DNA of 64,000 bases, from positions 3,720,001 through 3,784,000 of the forward strand of contig JAYWIR010000017.1 in NCBI GenBank assembly GCA_036172245.1. Reading direction: 5' to 3'. The notes below the pieces were generated by a model that was not told where the DNA came from, did not search any database, and saw only the letters and a program-made list of their open reading frames with translations. This DNA comes from Raillietiella orientalis (taxonomy: Eukaryota). Each line of letters begins with the position of its first letter. Within the stretch, counting starts at the first letter, position 1. Below are positions 49,851-63,600 of this stretch, piece after piece. The position numbers were made by a program, and so were the translations under genes.

Positions 49851-52800
49851 TGAAGACGAGATCGTTCGTTTGTGCTTATGTCTTGACTTGAATGTAACAT
49901 ACAAGAAAATTGGCTTGTTAGATTATTCTCTTAATGAAGCCATATTTTAATTGTCAATTAAAAGTTATTTTATGATATTTCCTCTTTGCTTTTATCATTG
50001 GAAGGATGCGGTTAGATTGAATTTACAGTATCTACTTGTGATTCTTTGAACTGGAGTTTTTAAAATTGGGGAGTACTGGAACTAGAGATTCCATCTCACT
50101 AATTGTACACAGTTTCGATCCTAAAATCCCATATTTTATCCTCTTTTCAGATTTATTTGTGTTCTGTGATAATTATGTCCCCAGCGTTCATAGATATGTG
50201 GATCGCCAAATGGCGGATCACATATACGATAGGTCTGTCTTGACAACCACATCAAGCTGTTTGGGTAATTTGAATAGCAAAGGGTACAACCCCGTCTGTT
50301 AAGGAGATAGTGTGTGTTGATACGTACTCAAGAGACCACTTTATTTTTTTGTCATGTGTATACTTCATGTACTAGACAATAAAGATAAGACTTGTTAAAT
50401 TAGTCCGTCATTTAAAATATTTATCGAATTTGATAGTATTTGACAAATTGCAGTCGGTACATTATTTGTGATGAAGAGCTTTTGGTGCAGTCAGTCGGTA
50501 ACTTTCGAACTGCATTCGCCCAAGCAGTAAACAGATTCAAACATTCAAACAGTTAAGCACTGCATGTTTATTTTGAATGGTTCCGAAGCTTTAAACGATT
50601 GAAGTGCTAATCTTGTTCAGGATCTTGATTTTGTGAGGAAGTTTCAGAAAGTTTCCGAATTTTCAAGTTCACAATATTTTATCGGCATCTTGCCCGTCTG
50701 CGTACTCGAAGCAACTGATGAAATCCTACTCCGCGCTGCTCTTAAAGTCTTTAGAAAAGAGTGCCTCATGATGTGAATAATGTTTACGAGGCATTTTTCA
50801 GTATTTCTCATAGCCCCATTCGTGGGAGAAACAAACGAACATCCAGAGGTTCGAGAGTGCAAGTCGCATGGTACACCCTGCCATGAACCTGTCTCGTACA
50901 CTTGGTGCGATTTTTGGTACCGTATGCGTGCAATGTTGTCAACGGTGCCTATTTTTTTTTTATGCTTATAATGATGTATTTAAGCTTAGTGCACGTTCCA
51001 AGTTCAGTCCATTAACTGCTTATTCTTGGGATTCTTCTTTGGAAACAATAAATGGTGAAAGGGTAAATGGTTTTTTATTGTACTAGCATAGCTATCAAAT
51101 TTGTTGAACATGTTTTTCTCGTCAAAATCGCGGTCGACTTTGCTGTCCAGAATCCATTGCTCTTGTGAACCTCGGATGACTGATTCTCCTGCTAAGTCTT
51201 GCTGCTGCGTTCTGTATCCAGAGCTTGAGCGGCCATCTATCGCGGTACCCGAAAGCGGCATCAGCGTGGCCACAGCGGACAGTTTTGTTTGCAAAATCGT
51301 TGGCCGCGTCGTCATTCGGAATCTTCAGGATGAAGGTAACCAGACGAACGTCTCCTCTGCAGTTCTCCTTGTAGGAAACAAGCAAAAGAATGGTTAAGGA
51401 AAAAAGAGAAAAGAAAAGCTTGGTTGGATTTTGAGGCTGTGCTCTGGGAAAGGGAGAAAGTTCGAGTTGAATAATCAATTAATTAATTTCAGGGGGGGAA
51501 AAAAAAAAATCGATCTTTTCTTGCCTCTGGGAAACACGAGGGCGTGGGTCCTGGAAGATGTGAAGAAATGGAACCGAGGTATGACAGTCGGAAAGCGCCC
51601 TCCTTCTGTGACGCAGTGGTGTTTGTTCAGCGACTCGTTTTCGTCCTCATCGGAACTGTTCTGGATCATCTTTTTGGTTCAAGTCAGCAGTCGACTTCCT
51701 CTGGCGGCGCAGTTCCGAAGAGGAGTAGAAAACCCAGTAGAAATTCCAAGGAGAGGAAAAAACCCGTGACTAGGTGACGAAACGCAGTAGAAGTGCGGGG
51801 ATCTCCAAGGAATTCCTTATGCGTACTCCCTCTGACCGTCTTAGCAGAGCAGCAGCAGCAGCAGCTCCCTCCCATCTCTGCCCTGATTCAGAGGAAAGTT
51901 CCAAAACGGAGCGAGGACTGTTCTGCAGCCCTTAGAAGATCCTCCTTGGGAGATAAAGGCTGCGGTACCTCCCAGAGTGTGAAACGACGCTCCCAAACTG
52001 ACTCTACAGCATCCTTGTGGGAGGAATCTGGCTAGAGGAGAAAGGGCTCTCGAGGAACGCGAGAAGGGAAGAGGACGCGCAGCAGATCTGCTTCACTCTC
52101 CAGCCTCATCTTTGTGGCCCCGCTCCTGTCTTTCTTTCGCATTCCTGTCTCCTTCCGATCTCGTTTCGCAGCGCTCTCTGGATTTGCCACACACTTCTGG
52201 AAGCTCTCCTCTCCCCTTCTGCACGGAGGGAAGCTAACTCCTGCCATCCCTTTCACCTCGGGTGCACTTTCTCGTCTCTCTTTGCCTCTCCTGTCTCTCG
52301 ATGCTGGCAGCAAACACCGTGAGAAGGGAAGCGGACGTACGGAAACGAGACGGAGGAAGGGAGACTGGGCATTCTCTTCCTCTTCCTCTGCCATATAGGG
52401 AGCTGACAGGGGTGCTGTCCACGGGTGGTGGCTCCACTCCCGAGGCAGAATTCAGCTGGGAGGCTGACAGAGAGACTTGGGTATCCTCAGCTTCAGCAGT
52501 AGCAGCAGCAGCCTCAACGGCAGGAAGGGTTAGCCTATGTGGCCTGCAGCAGCACCTTCAGCTGGATGTGACAGTGGCGTTGGGAGAAACCCGCGAGGCG
52601 GAGGGGAGCTGTGCGGCATTTTTTTTTTTCCGGGGTTGCTTTCTAGGCGAATCCTCGCCGGAACGCAACTGCGGAGAGGAAGGGGGAGGGGAAAGGGAAA
52701 ACGGCTGCGAGGGTGAGACGTCCTGGGAGGCTGCTCGCAAGCGCGGCAGGATGCCTCCTCTCGGGGAAGAAAGGTGGACGAGATCCGGAGGATGATTTAA

Positions 52801-53390
52801 ATCTTTCAGAAGAAGTGCCTCTCCCGGATGCTCGGTGCTCCCGAGCACGACCTACGTAAGCCTCGCCTGTTTGGGAGAGAAGGCGCGTAGGTAGAGGGTT
52901 CCCTCTCTCCCTTTCGTGATCCCGACCTCCTCGGGGAACCGCCTCGGAGGCGGGGATTTCATGCCTGCCGGGACTTCCAGGAAGCCCGAAAAGCTGTTCC
53001 CCGTTCTTCCCTTTTTCCCCTTTATTTTTACGGACCTTCCGGTTCGAAGACTGCGGGATCCTTCTGTGGGGACCTCCCTCGGTCGCCTGCTGCTACACTG
53101 CCAGGTCCTCGTCTTTTCAGAGGCGGAGCTGGAAGGTGGGGATCAGGAGGATGAGGATGAAGATGAGGAAGAGAGCGTCGCCGCGACCCTCCTTTTCTCT
53201 CCTCCACGCGCGCGTTTTCAGAGTGATCGGGACTCCCTCGAGGCAACCTCCTCCTCTTCTCCTTCTTGCTTCTTCTGCTTGTCCCACACCGCACGCAGGA
53301 ACGTCTTCGAGCTGTGTTCCCAAGGGTTGTAGCACCTCTTTCTTCTCCGGGAGTCCCCATCGCCGCCGTCTCCTGCCGCTTCCTTCTCTT

Positions 53391-56388
53391 TCACACCAGG
53401 AACCTCTGGGTAAGCGAGTAGAGGTCCTCTCCGCAGCGGCGCGCCTGGCACTTGTATTCGCCCCTGAGGGCGGGGTTGACGTCGACGCTCCTCACAGCAA
53501 GGTCGGCGTCGCTGCCGAGGCGGCCGCGAGGCACCAGTCGGAACCTGCGCTCGGAGGACAGCAGCTGCAGACCCTCCCCGACGAGGTGCCAGCCCGTCCG
53601 GACGGCCTCCGGCCTCCACGTCCAGCGAATGTCCTGGAAGAAGAAGCGCGGTGAGAGTCCCTGAGGGCGTGCGAGGAGGCGCTGCGTTCGTGAACGAGGC
53701 GGCGGCGGAGGGACGGGTCTCCCCTGGAGCTCTGGAAACGCCTTGGAGACTCCTCTACCTCAACGAGTCGGAGCGCGTGCCTTCCTGCTTTCCGGATCGA
53801 ACGGGAACGAAAGGAAGGAGGGAGGGAGAAGACCGAACAAGTGACCCTCGGAAGACTCCCCATCGCCCACCGCTCCTAATCGGGACCCCCCGCGCACTGT
53901 TCTCTGTGTTCTCCTGGACGACCCTGAGCTGTTGCAGCCATCGTTCCCCTTCCTCTTCCCGGGTCCGATTACTGGAGTCTCTCTGCAAAGTTGGCACTCG
54001 TCAGGCGGAGTCCTGCTTGCTCCATGGGGGGGAGGGAGATCTGGATGGAAGGAGGTGCTGGCAGAGGCGCCATATCCTCCGCTCTCCCCCACAGCTCCGT
54101 CGGAAAGTCACGTGATCACAGGCCCTCCGCAGCGACGCTCTCTCTCGCCGCAAGGGGGAGGAGAGACCAGGGATGCTTTCGAGACTTCTCTACTCCCTTC
54201 CTTCTCCCTCCCCCCGCAGGCAACGGTCCGACCCTCCTGCGCAGGAATCCGAAGAACTCGAAGAGATGGAAAGGGATCCCTCGCTCGCCGACTAGGCGGC
54301 AGAGGGCATCATCTTGGCCTGAGGGGTGGACCCTACAGGTGAGAGGTTCGGGGATCGGGGGGAGAAAGATTCAGGAATGGGAAGGTCGGGCGTGAGGGTT
54401 TCCACTCGGGGGGTCTTCACGGGCCTCAGCGCTTTGCATCAGCCCTGGGGCGGAGGGAGGCGGCGGCGGTGGTCGCGGAGAGCGGAGGCAGGGCTTGCTG
54501 TTCCTCCTCCTCCTTCCTGAATTCCTCCACTCAAGTGCGTGGGTACCTCCCCCCTACAGTCTCTCCGCCACCTTTTTGCCGTCCCTCCTCCTCTCACGGC
54601 ATTCCTCAGGAGGAGAGGGAGGAAGGGAGGGAGGGGACGGGACGCAGGGCGCGCTGCCGCTCTCACCCCTTCCGTGCAGACGTCAGATGACCCACGCACG
54701 CTGCAGTTCAGGATGATCTCGTCCTCCTCTTCCCGCCGGAAGTGTCTGGGGCGGCTCCCAGAGTGGAGGTTAGTGCTCCCAGGGCCTATCGGTCCCTCTT
54801 CTCGACGCTTCTCTTCCTCCTCCTCCTCCTGCTCCCCGGTGCAGCTCTGCCGCTGCTCAGGGCATCGGCGGCGGGAGGCAGGCCCGCCACCCCGAGGAGG
54901 AAAGCCCCCGAGGGGCGTCTTCCCGCGCGATCCCGCGGGCACCTCCTCGACGACGGAGCTGGGAATCGCCGGAGGGAAGACGACGATCGCTCTCGTGCCA
55001 GGAGGCCCCTGCAAGGCCCTCGCGGGTGACTCCCGCGGGCGGAAAGGGTCCTGTCGCGTTCCCGGGAGCGAGGAGTTCCGATCGCTCCCTTCCCGGGTGA
55101 GGTGACCCCTCCATGACGACCGGGAACTTCCGGAGAGGAGGGCCGACAGGCTCTCCAGGACTTCGTGGGGCCGGCCAGACACACGGAAGGAAAACTCCCC
55201 CTTCTTCCTGGCCGCCTCTTCCCCACTGGCGGAGTCTTCCAAGGAGGGAGGGCGTTCCACGAAGAAGACAGCGACGTTACTTAGCACCGGAAATCGGGGG
55301 ATCGGAAAGGGGAGCGCGGGAACGCGGGTTTCCACCGGCTCCTGAGTGGTTCGTGGGATGATGGGACGCGGAGTGGGAGGGACCGGGGAATCCACTGCCG
55401 CCGAAGCGGTGGCGTTCTCCACCTCTCCTGGATCACCCTGTGGGTCGCTCCTTTCTTGGCCTGGGGGCGCCTCCGCGCTCCCGGACGACGCAGCTGCCCT
55501 CTGGTTCAGGATCGCTTCACTGACGCTCCCGATCAGCCGGAGGATCAGGGAGCAGAGGTCGTCCCTCCCGACGCGGGACTCTTTCTCCCCTCCGGAGAGG
55601 AAGCCGCAGGGGTTTTCCTCGGGGAAGGGGGAGAGTGCGGGAGTCGACCTTTCCTCTGCCTCAGCGTAAGGCAGGGCCTCCCTGAGGTTCCTCCTCTCCT
55701 CCTTGAGAAGGCCTAAGGGAAGGGAGAGCGACCAGAGATTCATGGGTCGGGTGGAGCGGTCAGAGATCTCTCTGGAGACCCTCTTCTCCGCCAGGCGGCG
55801 GATGATCTCCACCTCCTTCTCCAGGCGCCGCTCCTCCTCCAGTCGTAATCCGGCGCCTTCATCGGGTGCGGGGAGGGAGAGGGGCGGGCCACTGTCCACG
55901 TGGACCGGAAACACTGGGGGAGGATCTTCGATGGGAACGGGGAACGGGGGTGCGGGGTGGACAGAGAACGTGCTCACCACTTTTACCTCGCGCAGCAGCT
56001 CAGCTGCTGCAGGCGGGGAGGGCCTGCCGTCGTCCCTGAGGATCGTGGCATCCAGCGGAGGCGTCGCTCCGCCACCGGGGGTGGAACCCAGGGAAGGCAC
56101 TGCTGGCGGCGACGACTCCCTGTTCACCCTGTGCGGCAGCTGCAGGACGCGCTTCGTCCGACTCTCGTCTCCTGGGAAACGGAAGGCGGAGGCGTACCGG
56201 TTGCTGGTGGACTCTTTCGCGGCGCTGAGCCGTCCTCCTTTGAGGCCGTCCTCCTCCGGGAACTTCAAGGGTTTCCCGGCACTGGTGTCGGCGGTCTCCC
56301 GATCCCACCTCCAGGCTTCACCCTCGCCAGACAGCAGCAACAGCAGTACCACCAGGGTGATCCCAACCGTGCGATCCGCTCCTCGCAT
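53391..56388 (-). CDS. Secreted Pro/Ser/Glu-rich protein with a single C-terminal immunoglobulin-like domain, ~654 aa; exons 56388-54667 and 53633-53391
   Basis: The ATG at 56388 is followed by a signal peptide (MRGADRTVGITLVVLLLLLSGEGEA) and 574 open codons to a phase-0 donor GGG|GTGAGA; the phase-0 acceptor is CTTCTTCTTCCAG|GAC. The joined sequence EIILNCSVRGSSDVCTEG|DIRWTWRPE...LAVRSVDVNPALRGEYKCQARRCGEDLYSLTQRFLV* has the Ig B-strand Cys, C-strand Trp and F-strand GxYxC. Confidence 0.75.
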
Positions 56389-57059
56389 CTTCGGTCTCCT
56401 CCACACGCGCAGCCGGCAGCAGCTCCCGCCGCCACTTTGCGCCACTGCTGGGCTACGCACGTTTCTCGTCGCCGCAGGCTAGGCAGGAGCCGCACGTTCA
56501 CGCTCTCGCGCCGAAATAAGGTCAACTTTCTCCGGGGACATCCGCATCCCCCGCAAGAGGCGTCGCCGACACTGCTGTTTTTATTTTATTTTTTTTTGCT
56601 TTTACGTCCGGCTGGGTCCGCGCCCCTTGAAGACGACCCAAATTCCTGACGATGCCTCAAGGAAAGGAAAGGGAGGGAAGAGGGGTGAAGAATGGCGAAA
56701 CTGAGAGGAAGAAGGAGGTAGGGTGGTTCAAAGAGCACACCCGGCGCAAGAGCGCTGTGATCTAGCTCGATCTTTTCCTTCTGCGCATCACTCCAGCCGC
56801 GAAGAAGACGGAAAAGAGCGATGGTGGCTGCAGGGATCAGTAGGGTTTCTGGCGGCGAGAACCCGGTGCTCGAGGCCATGGGCTGTGCGTGGCGCTTCCT
56901 CCTTCCGTGGTGTCGGCGGTCCGCATGGAGGGGAAGGAGGGAGGGATGGGGAGAACTTCCTGGTTTCCTGCCACGGCGGCGTCGACCTCCCCCGCGTTCT
57001 TCCGTGGGAGTTGTGGAAGGAGTACGGCGTTCTGCCCCGCCATCTTATTCCCTCCTCTT

Positions 57060-57600
57060 CGCGTCCCTCGGGGAACTCCAGGGTCGTCGGTGCCAGAGAA
57101 TCGCTTCAGATCCTGATGCTCCACCATGGATCTCCAGAGTCAAGCTCTGTAAGGACTAGAGCGCTCTGTCGTCTCCCACAGCGCTGTATCCCGGGGAGTT
57201 TTGCTGTTGACGGAGGTGCACGCCCCTAAGGGTAGCTAGGAAGCTGGAGGACTCAGCGCTCCGCTCCTGGGAGCTCCTGAGGGTTGCGGAGGAGTGGCTC
57301 AAGGCATTCTGCAGGAAGAAGAAGAGTAGCGATGTTGCCTCTTCTCCCCATGTCTTCATCTCTTTCTCCCTGTTGATGATGGTCCGTTTTCGCAGCCCAG
57401 CCATCAGCTTCAGGAGAACTCGCCGGATGTGTGCGGCTAACCGGACAACCAGCCCTCTCCAGTCCAAGGCATCCAACTCACCCCTCTCCTCCTTCTGAGT
57501 CTCACATTCCTGGGCAAGGTCGGCTGTGGTCCACCACTCGCTGTCGGTTCTTCCTCGGCACGAGACAGTGCAGGTGTGTGTGCTGGAGCCGGTCTGTCCG
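57060..57600 (-). mobile_element. Possible LINE ORF2 relic (endonuclease-RT linker)
   Basis: SEWWT...GLRKRTIINREKEMKTWGEEATSLLFF resembles the L1-clade linker 'RSR..W...GE..T.FF'. KRFSGTDDPG follows in another frame (weakly like KSPGxDG). Confidence 0.3.
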
Positions 57601-60600
57601 AGAGGCGGAAGCAATGACTCTGTCCGAGATAAGAGCAGGAAAGTGACACCCCTAGGACAGGAACGGGGCAAGCCCAATAGTCAGATAATCGTGAGTCATT
57701 TCCAAGGGGCATGTCTACATAACCGCTTCCTGCGTGACCTGAGGAAGAGCATCCTATGCTGACCAAGTGCGGTTCAGTGGAAAGAGGGTGACCTGCTCAA
57801 ATGACTGCAGAAAGAATTTAGATAACCGATGTACACGCTTTCTAAGTTCGTCTTTGCATTCGTATCGTCTCTATGATCATCCAGAGGGAAAAAAAAGGGT
57901 ACGAAGACGAGAAGAGTCAGTTCACTCTTTCATGACCACTACTGAAGCTGCTGCAGACAGCCAGAGAGATCGATGCAAAAACACCAGTCCCATGGATCCT
58001 TGTGTTTTAGATGCTGCCGATCTGGAGGCATCTAAGCGTGTTGCGGAAGGCGACGATCACAATGAAATCACAAAGATTTTACAAGATGGAGAACAAACCT
58101 TCAGAAAGATGCTCCGAAATCTCCCGGATAGGAAACACAGGGAAAGCCAAGAAAAAATCGAGCCAGTGAAGATGCAGTAAGTCAAGGCACATTTATTCAA
58201 TCCTTGATACTTTATGGCCAAGATGATAATGAAGACATGTTGCTTCTGGGTAGTTACGGCTTGCACAACATGGTGCTGTATCACCTTAAAGCCGCAAAAC
58301 CAAACGATCGTTATGCTGCTTCTTCAACCCGTTCTGTTTCCTAATCCCTATGTTCTTTTGTGGTCTGCAGCCAAAAACTAACTCCCTCAAGTTTCCTTAT
58401 AGGAATTTGCGCTGAACGCGATTCACAAAGGTTTCAGATGAAGACTTAATTGGCATAGTGGATCCCACCTTGAACAATGCGGATTCAAATAGTGATCGTT
58501 ATATTGTGGACTATAAGAGAAAGGCCTCTGGACCTGCATAAGTTGTCTCTTTTTTTTTTAAACCAAAGAATATTATGCATTTATCGGTGAAATGTCATTT
58601 TGCAGGTGGGCATTGAAAACAGTGCTAACCAGTGCTCTTTAACACTACAGATTCAGTTACCTGAACTGTTAGCTGAACTTTTGTGTTTCAGAAATCGGCA
58701 TGTATAAGGAGGCATTAAAAACTATTCTAAGAAACAGTGGCAATCTTGTTCAACGTTAGTAAGTCTCAATGTAAGTGTGTAAGTCTTTCTTTCGTTGTTT
58801 CGTTTTTAGAACGTGCTTATATCGAGAAAGAAAAAAAAACGAACAGTGGTACAATTACGAGGCACAGATGAGCTTTCTTTGAAGAAAATTCCCGGATGTC
58901 CACGGCACCCCTCATGAGGAGTTCATTGAATACAGTGCAGTATTAGGACTTAATACACAATAAGTCTCGAACTACTGGACGTTAAGTGTATGCCCCTGAT
59001 TCCTATTGCTTAATTTTTTGGAATAAATTTGCACATACATAGGGCTCAACTCTGTTGGATTAAACACCACATTATCGCCTCTGGGGATGCCACTATACGC
59101 AGTATATGTAGGACGAAGGATTCATTAACTCCTCAGACCCACAATATGTCAAGCCATCAGCGAAGATGAGATCGTCATCCCAAGATTCATGGCAGGCGCC
59201 GTAGGCAACCGCTCATCCTGGGCAGTGACTTGGAACGTGCACTACCAGCTCTGCTCCGGTTTTCTGCCTTTGTTCAAGCGACCCCGAGTTCTCTGAGCCC
59301 CTCATCGTTCTTTGGACCCCAACTTTCAGTGCTCCATCCACTAGTGCTCTCGCTGAAGCTCCTCGCACTCTGGAGGGGAACACGAGACACAGACTTGGTT
59401 GCCTGCCTTTGTCGCACTTCCTCCAGTACCCTTGGCAAGTTCTAACCAGGGTAGGAAAGATCGAGAATGATGACTGGGCTTTCGTTCTAGCTCACCAATT
59501 CTGAGCAAAGTCTTGAGTCGCCTTTCAGGACACGTTGATTGGAGGCCACATGCTCCCATTTTCCCTGTGCCACCTTCCTGATTTAATTGACGGGGCGTGA
59601 ACATGTCTCATAGTGATGATCCACCACCCTGCCCATTTGCTGTTGATGCCTAATTACCTGTCATTCTGGAAAAACGCTACTCTATTTGTTGATAATCCAG
59701 ATTTTCTCCTCGGAAGTTGGGGAGTCTCACCGGATTTCTTGTTGTTGATGTATTATGGTCCATTGCTATGTTGTGGCCTAAACTATTACAAGATCACATG
59801 GAGCTGGAAATCCTAGATTGAGAGACGGCCAACCAATCGAAGCATCGTCTTTAATCTGCTGATCCTCCAACGCAAAGAAGAATGGCTCTCCTTGATCAAC
59901 CAACACTCTAATCAAGGGAAGACCTTAACCGATGCTGGTGGGCAGCATCGCTCATCTGAGCATCTGCCTCTTCAGCTGTGACCACGGGTTCATGCATGCA
60001 GTATGGCTCAAAATTCTGTCTATATAAGCTGCGTCCACCAGGAACGAAGGAGGTGCAATACATGGACGGAATGGTTCGAATTCGAGGACGGAATGGCATC
60101 CCGAACCATCGCATTTGCAGCAGCCATCAATTTCACAGGTTCACAACGAGATGTTGGCACATATTTAAAAGGTCACTGGGAAGAATTGGAAACTGATGGC
60201 ATGCGACCGATCCATACCCGGCTTCGGTTCCCTGCTTAGAACCGACTTTGTTCTGGAGAAGTAAGAGTCGCCAGTCTGCATGTCTCCTGCCCTTTTCAAA
60301 GCTGCATCAACTGAAGTGAGTCTCCCAGCATCTTTGAAGAAGGCCTGGTAAGGGAAAGAAGAGAATGCAAACGTTCCGCTCTTCTTTCAAAGGAGTCCTT
60401 CCTTCAATGGTAGCTCGCGTTGGGATCCTGGAACTCAAGGAGCCAACTGATGCTGAAATAGATAGTTTCAAGATAGAACGGCTCCAGGAGGAACACATCA
60501 GTAGGAAGCTTCCAACATCCAGATCTTCAATGGTATCTTCTGGACCATCTTCGGAACATCGGTAGTGAAGTAGAAACTTCAGACAGATGCTTCCTCCTTC

Positions 60601-63600
60601 AGCCAGTAGAGGGAAAAGGTTAAAAAAAGAGATGGAAATAGTGGCAAATTCTTCTCCTTCCACCTTTTATGATGCATAAATTCTAAGCCAAACGTGCTCT
60701 TTCTCTCGTGGCAACGGAGCAGAATCAATGCATCAGCGAGTGAAAAAAAATTGGTGCAAAAGGAGAAGAGAATTCTAGGTTGCGGAAGGAAAACATATTT
60801 GCATCTAATGGAGGAAACAAGAAGGCTCCATCTTATCATCCGAATGAAGCTCGCGAGCAATGGAAGATTGTCTGCAGTTCATACAAAGAACTTGAGTGCA
60901 GCCTGTTCGGAAAGACGTGTGAAAAGCGGCAGTAATGAGGTCATCGGAGACTACCGCTTCCGCATTTGAAAGGAAAGGGGAAATTCGTGTTACTTCGCGC
61001 CACTACCGATTCGTGAAGAGCAGGTCATTTGCCGAGGCTTAGCAGAGTTGCAGGCTGTAACCAATCTCTCAGCTTGGTAGCCCAATTTCGCCCAAAGACG
61101 CGGCCCCTACTTGCAATGTCGGAAGCATTCGAACAGCAAGAAATCCTGTCCTTTCCAAGGAAACAGTGAAGAGGAAACTCCTTGCTCTCATAGAGACAAC
61201 TCTCAGACAGGACCCTGAGCCATTGGAAATTCTCTTCCAGAGGAGCTCGGGACCACGGGAGTACCGAGTTCCCGAATCCATCCTCTCCGGAAGGCTCGTT
61301 CCGAGGCGAAAAGAAGTGGAAGAATCCAAAATCCGAAAATATGCGTGCTACAGGAAACAACGGAGGAAACAAAGAATGAAAAATATCTCGGATTCTTTGT
61401 CCAGCATTTGATACGTCGGATGACTTGGACGAATTCCTGAATTTGATGAGGACGCTAGCTTTGTAGACTCTACCTTTCGAACCGGGATATCCCTATTCCA
61501 GGAAAGCTCCGGAATATTCGTATAGATCAGGAGGCCTCAGAATAGAAGCGAGCCCAAGTTAGGTTCTCGTCACAACATTCTATCCTGCTGTGTCCTACGT
61601 CCTTCGGTGTTTTTGCGCTGAAGCAGAGAGGGACCTTGTGAACAGTGGATCATCAGATCAATCCTTGAAGTCGGAGATCGGAACGTACACAATCTGCTCC
61701 TTTCCCCTCCCATCATCCCCAGTTTCCAAACTGCTCCATGCTCGAGTCCCTGGCACACCATCTTTCAACAGAGATCCTCGAGTTGGACTGACTGCTGGTC
61801 CTTCAAAATTTGCTGAGAGCATGCGTTTCTATGGTTGGTATCGTTACGCAAGGAGCTCTATAAATGAGCTCGCTCGTCTAAAAGAGGGAGCCAGTTTCGG
61901 CGAGACTGTCGAATTCGGCGCGGTTCAACTTAGTTCCGCTGGCGAGCCGCGAACGATTTGATCGCCAGTCGTAATCACAACGAAGACCCTCTCCGTGGCA
62001 ACCGAAGCGCAAAGGCAGGATTCGCTGTATTTTACTGTCGAGGGTCACCTGCACATGAAAGCGACGGGGTGACCGGAGCTGCGGCACTGCAGTATGCCAA
62101 ACAGAGCTGTGAAAACAAACAGAGCCGCACGTGCGCATGCGTCTCTCTTCCTGGTCTGCCGTACCCGTTCTCGGTAGGGCATGACTGCTCTTTCGTCATG
62201 CCTCTCTGACTCCCTGCAGCTCTGTGCACACAGCATGCAGCCGCAGAGTGATGCTTCTTCGCTCAAACCAGAGGGTGAGATGGCCAGTCAGCGCCACTGT
62301 TACCTTGTCTTGGAGGCATTTTCATCTTCCTGCTCTCGTCTCTTGGGTGTTCCTCGTCTCATGGGAAAGAGTCAGCAAGCCTTCGAAGAACGTGTCCTCT
62401 GCATTTATCTGTTCTTGACCGATATGCTTGAGATATCATCTGACCCATCTCAAGCCGCTCGGAATTTCTCCACCTTCACGCAACGAGGTTTCACTGGTTC
62501 TTCTGATTCATCGTTTTCTTGATATTCTCGTTTCCTAGAAACTCCTCAATGATACATGCGCAATGAATCAGCTTTTCCTGAGATCCCTTCCACTTCCGCG
62601 ACGATCGGGATCTACGCTGTTCTACGCTGATCTCAGTCACTCTTTTTCGAGGTTCCCATCTTGGGTTCATTCCAAAAACTGTGACTGTAAAACGAGTGAG
62701 AGCAGAGGAACCTCAATTTCAACATCACAAGGTGTTGTCTTGTCTTTACATTTTGTTCGACTACACACCCATCGTTCCACCTTCGTTTGAAACGACGGAA
62801 GCTGTTCTCTCTTTCCTCTGGTTATCATCGCGTTCAACATATCTGAAGAACTCTTCACTCCGTGAGTTATGGTTCACGCGCATTTTAACCGTTTATTAGG
62901 CAGTTCTCAGCCGGAAGATGCACAGTTTCTTCCACCCTCTGGAACTTTGAACATATCTTTTCATTTCAGGTGACTGCGTTTTTGGATCATTTCGAAAAGT
63001 GCTTCCACAAGGAGGCTCCGCAGGTGTCTCGATTTCCCCAGCCACTCACAATGGCTTGGCCATCATGAGAATCTCTGTAGACGATTCTTCTCAAAGAACG
63101 AACACTTTCCCAAGCCATTTAAGGTTCCAGGGAAAGAGGAGGATTTATCGACTTTAAAGCAGTTTATCAGCACCCTATGCTATCAATTTGACAACAAGTC
63201 TTGACAGAAACCAGCTCTCCTCGAACTCCATGATCGATTTAGCTGACTATCTGATAATACGATTCTGTGTAATTTCTGAATTCCGAAGGAAGGCTTGTCA
63301 GGAATATTCTGCTATTAGGATCAACAGCATTTAGATGCATAAGAATAAGACCCTTCCACTTCTTGAACGTAGACGTGTTCAGGATGATGTTTGTTTTCGC
63401 AAATGCACACACGGAAAACGGCAAGCTGGTGAGGTCACACTTTAAATCAGTCCCTAAGCATACCGTCCCTTTGACTCCTGGCTCAAACGCATGGTAAAAC
63501 CTCTAGCAATCTCAGTCTGTCAGCTACCGGACCACCGAAAACATTCAGGAGAAAAGCTGCTGGGAAATAACGGAAGAAAATTCTGCCCCTATAGACTTCT

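Noticed and set aside
51004..51315. Copia protease relic (QWILDSK...MF)
   Set aside because: A single short motif lacking DSGA, with no adjacent gag, integrase or RT motifs.
54469..56649. Long plus-strand ORFs overlapping the Ig gene (188, 259 and 249 aa)
   Set aside because: Antisense shadows expected in very GC-rich coding DNA; no independent motifs.
59978..60565. Gypsy gag relic (LRPP...WTEW.EFED)
   Set aside because: Resemblance is too weak, with no zinc knuckle, protease or RT nearby.
63100..63424. LINE RT relic on minus (VCAFAKTNIIL...LKWLG)
   Set aside because: The catalytic DD is absent and only two weak motifs lie in different frames.
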